From positions 1-16,787 of the forward strand of contig JBFLZG010000058.1 in assembly GCA_040756235.1 (NCBI GenBank): DNA of 16,787 nucleotides, written 5' to 3'. Shown in pieces: positions 1 to 7,783 of the stretch. The notes under the pieces were generated by a model. It was not told the DNA's origin. It was given only the letters and a program-made list of their open reading frames with translations, and made no database searches. Each line of letters opens with the position of its first letter. Positions within the stretch are counted from its first letter, which is position 1. The position numbers and the translations under genes are program-made. Source of the stretch: a bacterium (GTDB lineage Bacteria > Desulfobacterota > DSWW01).

Positions 1-97
1 CTCCCCCGCGGCACGGGGGAGAGGGTCAGGGTGAGGGGGAGACCGTGGCGAATGCACCCCTCATCCCGACCTCCTCCCCTCGGCGAGGGGAGAAGGG
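1..97. repeat. REP-like inverted doublet, family A, copy 1 (left end truncated by the window edge)
   Basis: Hairpin ctcccccg/cgggggag (1-21) followed by gggtcagggtgagggg, then the inverted unit cacccctcatcccgacctcctcccctcggcgaggggagaaggg (55-97). Near-identical doublets occur at 5268-5368 and 7855-7959. Confidence 0.9.
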
Positions 98-127
98 AAA
101 AACAGGGATCCGGATGGAGGAACCTCC

Positions 128-2206
128 ATGCACCGATTCGCACCCTCGAGCAGGGACCTGGCGCTCGTCTGTTTCCTTCTTCTCGGCATCGCGGGCGCCT
201 GCGGGACCGGCGGGCTCAACGGCGAGTCCTCCTCAGAGTCGAGCGAGCCCCAGGGAGACACCGACCCGGACAGCGCCCGGACCCTGGTGGCCGGGACCGC
301 CCAGCAGAGCTTCATCGAGTACGTGGGCGACGTGGACTGGTTCCGCCTGGAGATCCCGGCGGCCGTGGACACGCTCCGGGTGGAGCTCAGCAACCTCGCC
401 CTGGAGAGCCCGGTGGATCTGTCCTTCACCGTGTACGGCGAGGACGGGCTGACGATCCTCGGCGGCCGCTACGACCCGAACGGCGCGGACGGGCTGACCC
501 AGCTCACCCAGGAGCTCACGCTGAACGGCATCCGTTTCTGCTTCATCGCCGTACGCGATCACCTGGGCGACGACGCGGATCCTGTGAACCTCTACTTCCT
601 CAAGGCCACGCTCTCCTCGGGCCCGGGCGACGGCAACAACAGCCCCGACTCGGCGGGCCCGATCGCCTGCGGCGAGCCTGTCCAGGAAGCGATCCAGACC
701 CGCGGCGACGTGGACTGGTTCCGGATCGACGTGCCCGCGGGCTCGGACGTGCTGGTGCTCTCGTTGGGCATGCCGGCCGGCACCCCGGACCTCACCCTGA
801 CGCTGTACGACTCGCAAGGCACCACGGCTCTCGCCTCGCTCGCGGACAACGACGGTACGGACGGCCCGACCGCGCTGTCTCGGAACGTGCTGCTCGCGCA
901 GCCCGGAGCTTACTTCCTGTCGGTGAGGGACACGCTCGACGACGATGCGAGCGCGGCCCTCCTCTACACGCTCCAGGCGGACTGCCGGACGGACCCGGAC
1001 GCCAACGAGCCGAACGGGAACTACGCAACCGTGGACCAGAATCGGACGCACGCCACGCCGCTCGCGCTCGGGGCGCCGGCCCTGGGCTGGATCGCCTGGC
1101 AGGGCGACGAAGACTGGTTCCGCGTGAGCATGCCCGAGAGGGGGCTGCTGCACGTTGCGGTGGCGATCGATGCCGGCGCGGCCCCTCTCGAGCTGGTGTT
1201 CACCGTGCTCGGGGCCGACGGCCGTGCCGTGAAGGCGGAGTTCCAGGTGACCGCAGGCGAGGAAGCAGCGGATTTCGCGGCCCGCTTCGCCCTCGACTCC
1301 GGCATCCACTACGTGCGGGTGCGGGACGCCGGCGATGACGGCGCGGACCTCGATCACCCCTACTCCCTCGCTGCGGCATTCGAGCCCGACCCGGACGCCA
1401 ACGAGCCCAACGGCAATTACGCAACCAGACAGGAGAACCTGAACCACGCCACCTTCCTGCCCCTCGACGCGACGGCCGCGGGCTACATCGGTTCGAACGC
1501 GGACCAGGACTGGTTCCAGCTCTTTGTCGAGCATCCGGGAGTCTACAACCTGGTCCTCGACAACGCGTCCGCCTCGGCGGTCGACCTCACCCTGACGCTC
1601 TACAAGCCCGACGGAGAGAGCCTGATCCTGGTGCGCCAGGAAGAAGACGGTCAGGGAGAAGACGGCCCGAGCCACATCGAGGCCCAGCTCTACCTGTTCG
1701 AGGCAGGCACCTATTATCTCGTCCTCCAGGACCTGGGGAACAATGAGACCGATCTTGCGGTCGGCTACGAGCTCCGGGCCACCGCGGTGCCCCTGCCGCC
1801 CGGCACGCACGAGCCGGACGAAGACCGCTCGCAGCTCCGGATGCTGCTGAGCGGCCAGATCGCCGACGGCTACGTCGAGTTCGAGGCCGACCGGGACTGG
1901 TACGGGATCCTCATCCTGGGCGACCAGGACCTGATCGTCGAGATCTGGAACGAGGTGGCCTCGCCGGTCGAGCTGATCTGGTTCATGTATCCGCCCGACT
2001 CGACCCAGGTGTACGCCAGCGACGGAGACGACACCGAGAGCGACGCCAATCTCGTCCACATCGTGACCGGCGACGACGAGACCTTCTGGGTGGACGCCGA
2101 GCACCCCGGGATTTACGTCTTCAAGGTGAGCGACTTCAACCGAAACGACTGGGACACGGCCGTGCGGTATCGCTTCCGCGTGACGCTGCTCCCGCACGTT
2201 CCTTGA
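128..2206 (+). CDS. Acidic lipoprotein with five tandem PPC-like (pre-peptidase C-terminal) beta-sandwich repeats; putative surface or adhesin protein
   Basis: GGAGG RBS at 116-120. Signal peptide with lipobox IAGA-C25. Five ~125-aa repeats anchored by GDVDWFR, GDVDWFR, GDEDWFR, ADQDWFQ and ADRDWYG. DPDANEPNGNYAT occurs twice. Strong G/C bias at third codon positions. No catalytic peptidase domain is visible. Confidence 0.8.
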   Translation: MHRFAPSSRDLALVCFLLLGIAGACGTGGLNGESSSESSEPQGDTDPDSARTLVAGTAQQSFIEYVGDVDWFRLEIPAAVDTLRVELSNLALESPVDLSFTVYGEDGLTILGGRYDPNGADGLTQLTQELTLNGIRFCFIAVRDHLGDDADPVNLYFLKATLSSGPGDGNNSPDSAGPIACGEPVQEAIQTRGDVDWFRIDVPAGSDVLVLSLGMPAGTPDLTLTLYDSQGTTALASLADNDGTDGPTALSRNVLLAQPGAYFLSVRDTLDDDASAALLYTLQADCRTDPDANEPNGNYATVDQNRTHATPLALGAPALGWIAWQGDEDWFRVSMPERGLLHVAVAIDAGAAPLELVFTVLGADGRAVKAEFQVTAGEEAADFAARFALDSGIHYVRVRDAGDDGADLDHPYSLAAAFEPDPDANEPNGNYATRQENLNHATFLPLDATAAGYIGSNADQDWFQLFVEHPGVYNLVLDNASASAVDLTLTLYKPDGESLILVRQEEDGQGEDGPSHIEAQLYLFEAGTYYLVLQDLGNNETDLAVGYELRATAVPLPPGTHEPDEDRSQLRMLLSGQIADGYVEFEADRDWYGILILGDQDLIVEIWNEVASPVELIWFMYPPDSTQVYASDGDDTESDANLVHIVTGDDETFWVDAEHPGIYVFKVSDFNRNDWDTAVRYRFRVTLLPHVP

Positions 2207-2207
2207 A

Positions 2208-2237
2208 TGCAGGGGCGACGCATGCGTCGCCCGTGCA
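2208..2237. repeat. GTAG-type REP-like palindrome immediately after a stop codon
   Basis: Perfect 20-bp palindrome gggcgacgcatgcgtcgccc (2213-2232), extended by tgca...tgca with one mismatch. Confidence 0.75.
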
Positions 2238-2302
2238 GTGAAGGCGGAACTCTCAGGTCCCTTGCGAACACCGGATCCAACACAACCGAAGGAGGCAGAA
2301 CA

Positions 2303-2977
2303 ATGGATTTCCTGACCAAGGGCGGCTTCTTCATGTGGCCGATTCTCCTGGTTTCGATCGCGGCCCTGGCGCTTGCCCTGGAGAGGGTCTACGTCCTCTG
2401 GATGCGCTACCGCCAGGACGGCCAGGGCCTCCTCAAGGCCGTTCTCAACCGGATCGAGAAGGAGGACTATCCGGGCGCGCTGGACGCGTGCAGCCATGCG
2501 GCCGACCAGCCGCTCAACCGGGTGATCCGGGCAGGCCTCCTCAAGGTGCATCGCAGCGACAAGGAAATCGAGATGGCCATGGAAGAGGAGATGCTGCGGG
2601 CCACGCCGGTCCTGAGGAGCCGGATCAACTACCTGGCCACCTTTGCCAACGTCGCCACCCTGCTGGGGCTGCTCGGCACCATCCAGGGCCTGATCCAGGC
2701 CTTCGAAGGTGTCGGCATGGCCGATCCGGCGGCCAAGCAGGAGATCCTGGCCAAGGGTATTTCCGTGGCCATGCTGACGACCTTTTTCGGGCTGATCGTG
2801 GCCATTCCCTGTCTGCTCGTACACTCCTTCCTTCAGAACAAGTCCGGCCACATGATCGAGGCGATCGAAGAGCGGGCGTTCACCGTCTACAACAAGATCT
2901 GCTCCCTCCACCGGGACCTGGAGAGGAAGGAGCCCCGGGCGCGGGTCAAGGCCGTGGAAGGCGGAAGGAGGAGCTAG
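2303..2977 (+). CDS. MotA/TolQ/ExbB proton-channel subunit, AglR-like
   Basis: Start moved from 2207 to ATG 2303 because of the strong GAAGGAGG RBS. TM1 is GGFFMWPILLVSIAALALALER. Signature ATLLGLLGTIQGLIQAF...DPAAKQEILAKGISVAMLTTFFGLIVAIP. Confidence 0.93.
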   Translation: MDFLTKGGFFMWPILLVSIAALALALERVYVLWMRYRQDGQGLLKAVLNRIEKEDYPGALDACSHAADQPLNRVIRAGLLKVHRSDKEIEMAMEEEMLRATPVLRSRINYLATFANVATLLGLLGTIQGLIQAFEGVGMADPAAKQEILAKGISVAMLTTFFGLIVAIPCLLVHSFLQNKSGHMIEAIEERAFTVYNKICSLHRDLERKEPRARVKAVEGGRRS

Positions 2978-2978
2978 C

Positions 2979-3515
2979 GTGCTGGCGGAAAAGCGCAGAT
3001 TCTTCTCGCGGGGCGACGCCGACATCTCGGGCGAGGAACCGCTGAACCTCGTGCCGATCATGAACCTGTTCACCTCGCTCATTCCCTTCCTGCTGCTGAG
3101 CGCGGCCTTCTTCAACATCAGCGTGATCAACGCTTCCGTGCCCGCCCTGCAGAAAGACCGGAGCGACGTGGCCTGTTCCGTGGACACCGTGACCCTCATG
3201 GTACAAGTCCTGACCAGCGGCTACAGGGTCACGGCGACCAGCGAGGCCCTGTCCGGGCCCGCGCTGGAAGCGCTCCGCAGGGAGATCCCGCGGCTGGGCA
3301 AGGACCCGGATTTCGCAGCCTTCTCCCGTCACTTGTTAGAGTGCAAGCAGCGCTACCCGAAAAGCGACACCGTCATCCTGGTCTCCGACGCTGCCGTCCT
3401 CTACCAGGAGGTCGTTCAGACCATGGACGCGGCACGGCACTGGGATTCCGAGCAGGAAGGCCGGCAAGTCCGCTACGAGCTGTTTCCGAACGTCGTGGTC
3501 GCCGGGATGCTGTGA
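2979..3515 (+). CDS. ExbD/TolR-family subunit, AglQ-like position; Asn in place of the usual TM Asp
   Basis: GTG start directly after the upstream TAG, with a GGAGGAG RBS. TM segment LNLVPIMNLFTSLIPFLLL. Periplasmic motif VILVSDAAVLYQEVVQTMDAAR...LFPNV. Confidence 0.88.
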   Translation: MLAEKRRFFSRGDADISGEEPLNLVPIMNLFTSLIPFLLLSAAFFNISVINASVPALQKDRSDVACSVDTVTLMVQVLTSGYRVTATSEALSGPALEALRREIPRLGKDPDFAAFSRHLLECKQRYPKSDTVILVSDAAVLYQEVVQTMDAARHWDSEQEGRQVRYELFPNVVVAGML

Positions 3516-3548
3516 CGACCACCATACCGGGCTGAAAGGGACACCAAC

Positions 3549-4043
3549 ATGTGGAGAGCCTGGGGCAGGCGCCGCAACGGCCGAGACAGCCAGGTCGCCG
3601 GCGTGAACATCACCTCGCTGATGGACGCCATGACGATCATCCTGATCTTCCTCCTGTACCACTTCTCCAGCCAGGACCAGAACATCCGGCTGGAAAAGGG
3701 GGTCGAGCTTCCCAAATCGAGCTCGGAGAAGCCGTTCAAGTGGGCGATCAACGTGACCCTCGCAAAGAACCGGCTCCTCGTCGAGGACGATTTCGTCTGC
3801 CCGATCAAGGAAGGCCGGTTCATCGGCGTGGGAAACGATCCGGAGAAGATCGCGCCCCTCTACGATCGTCTGGTCAACCTCAAGGACGTGGAGAAGTATC
3901 GGCAGGTGGAGCGGGACGCGACCGAGCCGGTCGTCATCTTCCACGCCGACAAGCAGCATCGCTTCGAGACCATCAACGCGGTCATGAAGACCGCGGCCAT
4001 GGCCGGCTACCCGAACTTTCGCTTCGCCGTGCTGAAACGTTGA
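3549..4043 (+). CDS. ExbD/TolR-family subunit, AglS-like
   Basis: TM segment VNITSLMDAMTIILIFLL with Asp26, then VELPKSSS. C-terminus IFHADKQHRFETINAVMKTAAMAGYPNFRFAV is typical of ExbD/AglS. Confidence 0.9.
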   Translation: MWRAWGRRRNGRDSQVAGVNITSLMDAMTIILIFLLYHFSSQDQNIRLEKGVELPKSSSEKPFKWAINVTLAKNRLLVEDDFVCPIKEGRFIGVGNDPEKIAPLYDRLVNLKDVEKYRQVERDATEPVVIFHADKQHRFETINAVMKTAAMAGYPNFRFAVLKR

Positions 4044-4046
4044 GGC

Positions 4047-4078
4047 CAGGTGTCGGGTTTCAGGTGTCAGGTGTCAGG
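4047..4078. repeat. Short heptamer tandem repeat (CAGGTGT)n
   Basis: caggtgt cgggttt caggtgt caggtgt cagg, starting 3 bp after the stop codon at 4043. Confidence 0.7.
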
Positions 4079-4171
4079 AACTGAAAAGACGGACGACTTA
4101 CAGCCGAGGGTCTCATGCCGGGGCGAGCACACTCGAAAAACGGAAACGGAGAAGGAGCAGGAGATCGGCGG

Positions 4172-4495
4172 ATGAAATCTGGCGTTCTTGCGCGAGGAAG
4201 GAAATCGCCGGCTGCGGGCAGATGGATCGCGGGGGGCCTCCTGGCGGGCTGCCTGTTCACGGCCGGAGCGGTCCGGGCCGAGCAGGGGCTCGATCCGGCA
4301 TCGCCGCCGCAGCCGGGTCACGGGCTCAAACGGGCGGGCCGCATCGATTTCGACGAGCGGCTCATCATGGGCCAGTCCCTCAAGGCCGGCGCCATCTACC
4401 TGTTCGAGCGCAAGGACAGCGAGATCCGCAGCATGATCCGGATCCGCAAGGACTACCGCAAAGAGCTGCTGGAGCCGATCGAGCCGCCCCCTTAG
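4172..4495 (+). CDS. Small exported protein, GltF/CglF-like
   Basis: AGGAG RBS at 4159-4163 favours ATG 4172 over 4115. Signal peptide ends in AVRA. C-terminal IDFDERLIMGQSLKAGAIYLFERKDSEIRSMIRIRKDYRKELL resembles the IDF(D/E)..I.G...(L/M)IR.R.(D/N)(F/Y) pattern I recall for GltF. It lies immediately upstream of a gltG-like gene, as in Agl-Glt clusters. Confidence 0.72.
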   Translation: MKSGVLARGRKSPAAGRWIAGGLLAGCLFTAGAVRAEQGLDPASPPQPGHGLKRAGRIDFDERLIMGQSLKAGAIYLFERKDSEIRSMIRIRKDYRKELLEPIEPPP

Positions 4496-4596
4496 CGCAG
4501 AGCCCGCCGCCGTGCGGCGGCCAGAAGCGGCACCGGAGCTGCTCTGTGGAGAAGGTGGCTGGAATACGCATTGCGAGAGGGTGAAGGGACAAGGGC

Positions 4597-7005
4597 GTGA
4601 GCGGAAACGACGTGAACGAAACCTGTCGAGCTCGAGAGCCGGCGCGCTTGGGGGAACGGATCTTCCAGGTCTTCGTGTTCTTCCGGGGCCAGTTCGTGGG
4701 GTACCAGTGCTTCCTCCAGGAACGGGTGACCATCGGCGGCAGCCCGGGCGCCGACCTCTACCTGCCGTCCTGCTCTCCGGAAGAAGGCACCTGGAACCTC
4801 GAGCTGGCGGGCGGAACGACCCTGGTGGCCTGGCTCGGCCGTCCCGAAAAAGAAGGCCAGGAAAAGAGCAAACCTCAGAGGCGCGCGGTCGAGCCCCTGG
4901 ACGTGTTCCCCATAGGGGAGTACCGCTTTCAGGTCAAGGTCCTGTCCCCTTCCGGGTTCATGCAGCCGGATGAAGAAACGAAGGCAGAGCGCGATGGCAA
5001 TGCGCCGCACGATCCCGGCGCTGCCGCAGTCGGCTCTCCCCTTGCGACGACGGAAGCGGGGGAGCTTTCGGTGGAGCAGACCCAGCTGCTCAAATCCCCC
5101 CTGGCCCCCCTTTTTCAAAGGGGGGGAGAAGAATCGGCACCCCTGGCCACCGTCCTTCGAAGTGGGGGAGAAGAAGCTGCGCGGGTGGCGGACGCGGAAG
5201 CGCAGGCGCCCGCCGCCGGAGCGGCGAGAACATCGGTCGAGGTAACTCAGGAGTGTCGAGAGACGAATCCCTCTCCCCCGTGCACGGGGGAGAGGGACGG
5301 GGTGAGGGGGGAACAGGAGCAGATTCACCCCTCATCCTGGCCTTCTCCCCTCGACGAGGGGAAAAGGGATGAAAGAATCGACACCCTTCTTCAAAGGGGG
5401 GGAGAAGGTTCCGAGCCTGCAGTCGAGGACCGTCTGCCAGAGACACCAGAAGAATCACTCGAGGCTGAAGAAGAGGCCGACTCGCGGGCAGGAGGCGATG
5501 AGGAAGAGGAGGACGGCGGGCAAGGCCCCTACTTCTCGCTCGTGAAGACGATCTTCAGGAACCTCAAGCAGACCTCCCGAGCGGCCGACCCGGCTGCGAG
5601 GGCCCTGGAGATCGTGCGCTTCAAGGGCGGAGACGTACACGAGGTCGCGTACCTCGAGGACGGCTCGTATGCCATCCGCAAGGGCTGGTCCCGCAAGCTG
5701 TGGAAAGAGGAAGGCGGTCCTCCCCCGGGCTTCCGGATGGTGCAGCTCCGCAAGGGAGGGCCCGCGGAGCTGCGCCTGCGGGAAGGAGTCCGCGGAAGGC
5801 TCTACTCGCACGCCGGGTCCCGGGACATCCTCGATCTGCTACCGAAGCATGCCGGGGCCGCGGCGGCGCGAAGACCCCGCAAGCCTTCTCTCATCCGGAT
5901 GCCCGCGGACACCTGGGCCGTGCTGCGCGTGGAGCCGTTCCGCTACCTGGTGCGTTACGTGCCCCGGAAGCCGCGACCGCTCATGGAGCCGATGGGTCCG
6001 CGGGTCACCAAGTCCCACCTGAAGCTGGCCTCGGCGTCCCTGGTTTCGCATGTCCTCCTCCTTCTCCTGATCGGCCTGACCATCCCCAGGGGCGGGCTGG
6101 AAGGTTACGTGCCCAAGGACCAGTTCGCGAAGGTGGACCCGAACATTCTCAAGAACCTGAAGCGTCCCGAGCCTCCCAAGCCGGCCAAACCCATCGAGAA
6201 GCCCCTCGCCCGCCCGGAGCCCAAGCAGGCTCCTCCGCCCAAGCAGAAGCAGTTGGCGGCGAAGCCGAAAGAGATTCCGAAAGTCGTCGAGATCCGGCGG
6301 CAGCCGGCGCCCGAGACACCGGCACAGACCCAGCCGTCGCCGGAGAAGAAGGTGGACGTGGCCAAGACCGGCCTGCTTGCCGCGCTCGACACGGCCGGGC
6401 CGGCCGGCCCGGGAACGGCCAACCCCAAAGGGCAGGGCCAGATCCTTCTGGCGGCGGTGACCAATCTCGACGCAGTCAACGTGCCGTCGGATTCGACGAC
6501 CTTCAACCTGGCCGGCATCGCCGGCAAGCTGGGCACCTCGGAGATTCAGATCCCGACCGGCGACGCGATCCGCACGGTGGGGGCTCAGGAGCTGATCAAG
6601 AGCTCGAACGGCATGGTGGGGGCCCTCGCCTCCAAGGGGACCGGCTCCGGACAGGTCAAGGCCGTGGTGCGCGAGCCGCCCAAGGCCGCGATCACGATCC
6701 GCGGGGGGATGAGCCGCGAGGCCGTCCTGGGCGTGGTCAACCGGCACATCGACGAGATCCGGGACTGCTATGAAAGGGAGCTGCTGCACAACCCCGGCCT
6801 CACGGGAAAGATCCTCATGGAGTGGCTCATCCGGCCGGACGGATCCGTGAGCTATGCGAAGGTCACCTTCACGAACATCGGCCATTCTTCCGATCTCCAC
6901 CTGTGCGTGCAGGCGCAGGTCGCGGCCTGGCAGTTCCCCCGGCCGACGGACAGCCAGGAGGTCGTGGTGACCTTCCCGTTCCTGTTCGAGAACGCGGGGT
7001 TCTGA
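4597..7005 (+). CDS. GltG-like (AgmX/PglI C-terminal domain) TonB-type energy transducer: degenerate FHA-like N-terminus, low-complexity linker, one TM helix, Pro/Lys-rich spacer, TonB_C-like domain
   Basis: N-terminal FQVFVFFRGQFVGYQCFLQERVTIGGSPGADLYL. TM helix ASLVSHVLLLLLIGL carries a TonB-like S-x3-H (His codon 6049-6051). Spacer PEPPKPAKPIEKP. C-terminal GGMSREAVLGVVNRHIDEIRDCYERELLHNPGLTGKI...DGSV...CV...WQFPRP...VVVTFPFLF. The GTG start is somewhat uncertain. Confidence 0.88.
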   Translation: MSGNDVNETCRAREPARLGERIFQVFVFFRGQFVGYQCFLQERVTIGGSPGADLYLPSCSPEEGTWNLELAGGTTLVAWLGRPEKEGQEKSKPQRRAVEPLDVFPIGEYRFQVKVLSPSGFMQPDEETKAERDGNAPHDPGAAAVGSPLATTEAGELSVEQTQLLKSPLAPLFQRGGEESAPLATVLRSGGEEAARVADAEAQAPAAGAARTSVEVTQECRETNPSPPCTGERDGVRGEQEQIHPSSWPSPLDEGKRDERIDTLLQRGGEGSEPAVEDRLPETPEESLEAEEEADSRAGGDEEEEDGGQGPYFSLVKTIFRNLKQTSRAADPAARALEIVRFKGGDVHEVAYLEDGSYAIRKGWSRKLWKEEGGPPPGFRMVQLRKGGPAELRLREGVRGRLYSHAGSRDILDLLPKHAGAAAARRPRKPSLIRMPADTWAVLRVEPFRYLVRYVPRKPRPLMEPMGPRVTKSHLKLASASLVSHVLLLLLIGLTIPRGGLEGYVPKDQFAKVDPNILKNLKRPEPPKPAKPIEKPLARPEPKQAPPPKQKQLAAKPKEIPKVVEIRRQPAPETPAQTQPSPEKKVDVAKTGLLAALDTAGPAGPGTANPKGQGQILLAAVTNLDAVNVPSDSTTFNLAGIAGKLGTSEIQIPTGDAIRTVGAQELIKSSNGMVGALASKGTGSGQVKAVVREPPKAAITIRGGMSREAVLGVVNRHIDEIRDCYERELLHNPGLTGKILMEWLIRPDGSVSYAKVTFTNIGHSSDLHLCVQAQVAAWQFPRPTDSQEVVVTFPFLFENAGF
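5092..5175. repeat. REP-like family B (AAATCCCCCCTGGCCCCCCTTTTTCAAAGGGGGG) with a degenerate tandem copy, inside the CDS
   Basis: Hairpin ccccccttt/aaagggggg at 5105-5125. Second degenerate copy cccctggccaccgtccttcgaagtgggggagaagaa at 5140-5175. Third partial copy at 5384-5408. Confidence 0.75.
5268..5368. repeat. REP-like inverted doublet, family A, copy 2, read in frame inside the GltG-like CDS
   Basis: Perfect 30-bp palindrome tccctctcccccgtgcacgggggagaggga (5268-5297), then cggggtgaggggg, then cacccctcatcctggccttctcccctcgacgaggggaaaaggg (5326-5368). Confidence 0.9.
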
Positions 7006-7033
7006 CCTGACCCTGGACCATGGAGAGGAGACG

Positions 7034-7750
7034 ATGAGGACGACGCGATTGCATGCCGCCGTGTGCTGCCTGGCTCTGACCCTGGCGCTGGCCTGGCTCC
7101 GACCCGCACCGCTCGCCGCCCAGGAAGGAGGCTGGGGAGAAGAGGGCCAGGTGTACGCGATCCAGAAGAAGCCTTACCGCCTGAAGCACGAGCTCCACGC
7201 GGCGGTCGGGACGCTGCCCATGGACGCCTTCTACAAGGGCGTGACCCTGGGAGGCGGGTACACCTACCACTTCACCCATCATTTCGCCTGGGAGGTGTTC
7301 CAGATCCTTTACTCCCAGAACGTGGACACGGGCCTCAAGAAGGACCTCGAGGACCAGTTCGCGGTGGAGGCCAGCTCCTTCCGGGAAGTGGACCTCCTGG
7401 CGAACACGAACGTGGTCTTCACCCCCCTCTACGGAAAGGTCACGTGGCTCAACCGGAAAGTGATCCGCATGGAGGTCTCCGTGACCGCAGGAGGCGGGGT
7501 CGCCCGCTACACCGAGTTCGAGCGCGAAGGAGCGTCCGGCTTCAGCGAGGACACGCAGTACAAGCTCTCGGCGAATTTCGGCATGGGGCTGCGCGTGTTC
7601 ATGAACCAGCGCTTCTCGCTGCGGCTCGACATGCGGGACTACATGAACTTCGTGGACGGCGTGGACAACGTGGCCTACTTCGGCCTGGGGCTGGGCTGGA
7701 ATTTCCGGCTGCCCCGGTTCGCGGACCAGGAAGAGGACGCGGAGCCGTAA
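7034..7750 (+). CDS. Small outer-membrane beta-barrel protein, GltA/GltB/GltH-like
   Basis: GAGGAG RBS. Sec signal ends in PLAA. Motifs YAIQKKPYRLKHEL, DAFYKG, YTYHFTHHFAWE, VVFTPLYGK, GMGLRVF..RFSLRLDMRDY and GLGLGWNF, with alternating amphipathic strands as in the deltaproteobacterial OmpA-like barrel family. Confidence 0.85.
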   Translation: MRTTRLHAAVCCLALTLALAWLRPAPLAAQEGGWGEEGQVYAIQKKPYRLKHELHAAVGTLPMDAFYKGVTLGGGYTYHFTHHFAWEVFQILYSQNVDTGLKKDLEDQFAVEASSFREVDLLANTNVVFTPLYGKVTWLNRKVIRMEVSVTAGGGVARYTEFEREGASGFSEDTQYKLSANFGMGLRVFMNQRFSLRLDMRDYMNFVDGVDNVAYFGLGLGWNFRLPRFADQEEDAEP

Positions 7751-7783
7751 GCTCCGGAGAACCTTGAAGGAGAGGCCGGCAAG

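Noticed and set aside
31..1338. 435-aa Arg/Gly/Pro-rich plus-strand ORF, and similar off-frame ORFs throughout the window
   Set aside because: Alternative-frame artefact of GC-rich coding DNA; it starts inside a REP.
2207..2302. N-terminal extension of the ExbB-like ORF (likewise 4115-4171 and 13512-13607)
   Set aside because: Better RBS-linked starts lie downstream, and the extensions run through repeat-derived or intergenic-looking sequence.
233..3199. 988-aa minus-strand ORF
   Set aside because: Antisense to three well-supported genes; composition typical of a shadow ORF.
4498..4546. GC-rich hairpin (gccgccg/cggcggc) as a terminator
   Set aside because: No U-tract, and short GC stems are expected by chance at this base composition.
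5096..5402. G7 and C6 homopolymers as phase-variation or frameshift sites
   Set aside because: The tracts are short, belong to the family B palindrome, and the frame is intact.
2303..7005. Interpretation as a flagellar MotAB stator, Tol-Pal or ordinary TonB-ExbBD uptake locus
   Set aside because: No OmpA-like peptidoglycan-binding domain, no tolB or pal, and no large TonB-dependent receptor. Two ExbD paralogues plus an AgmX/PglI domain and TPR genes fit Agl-Glt better.
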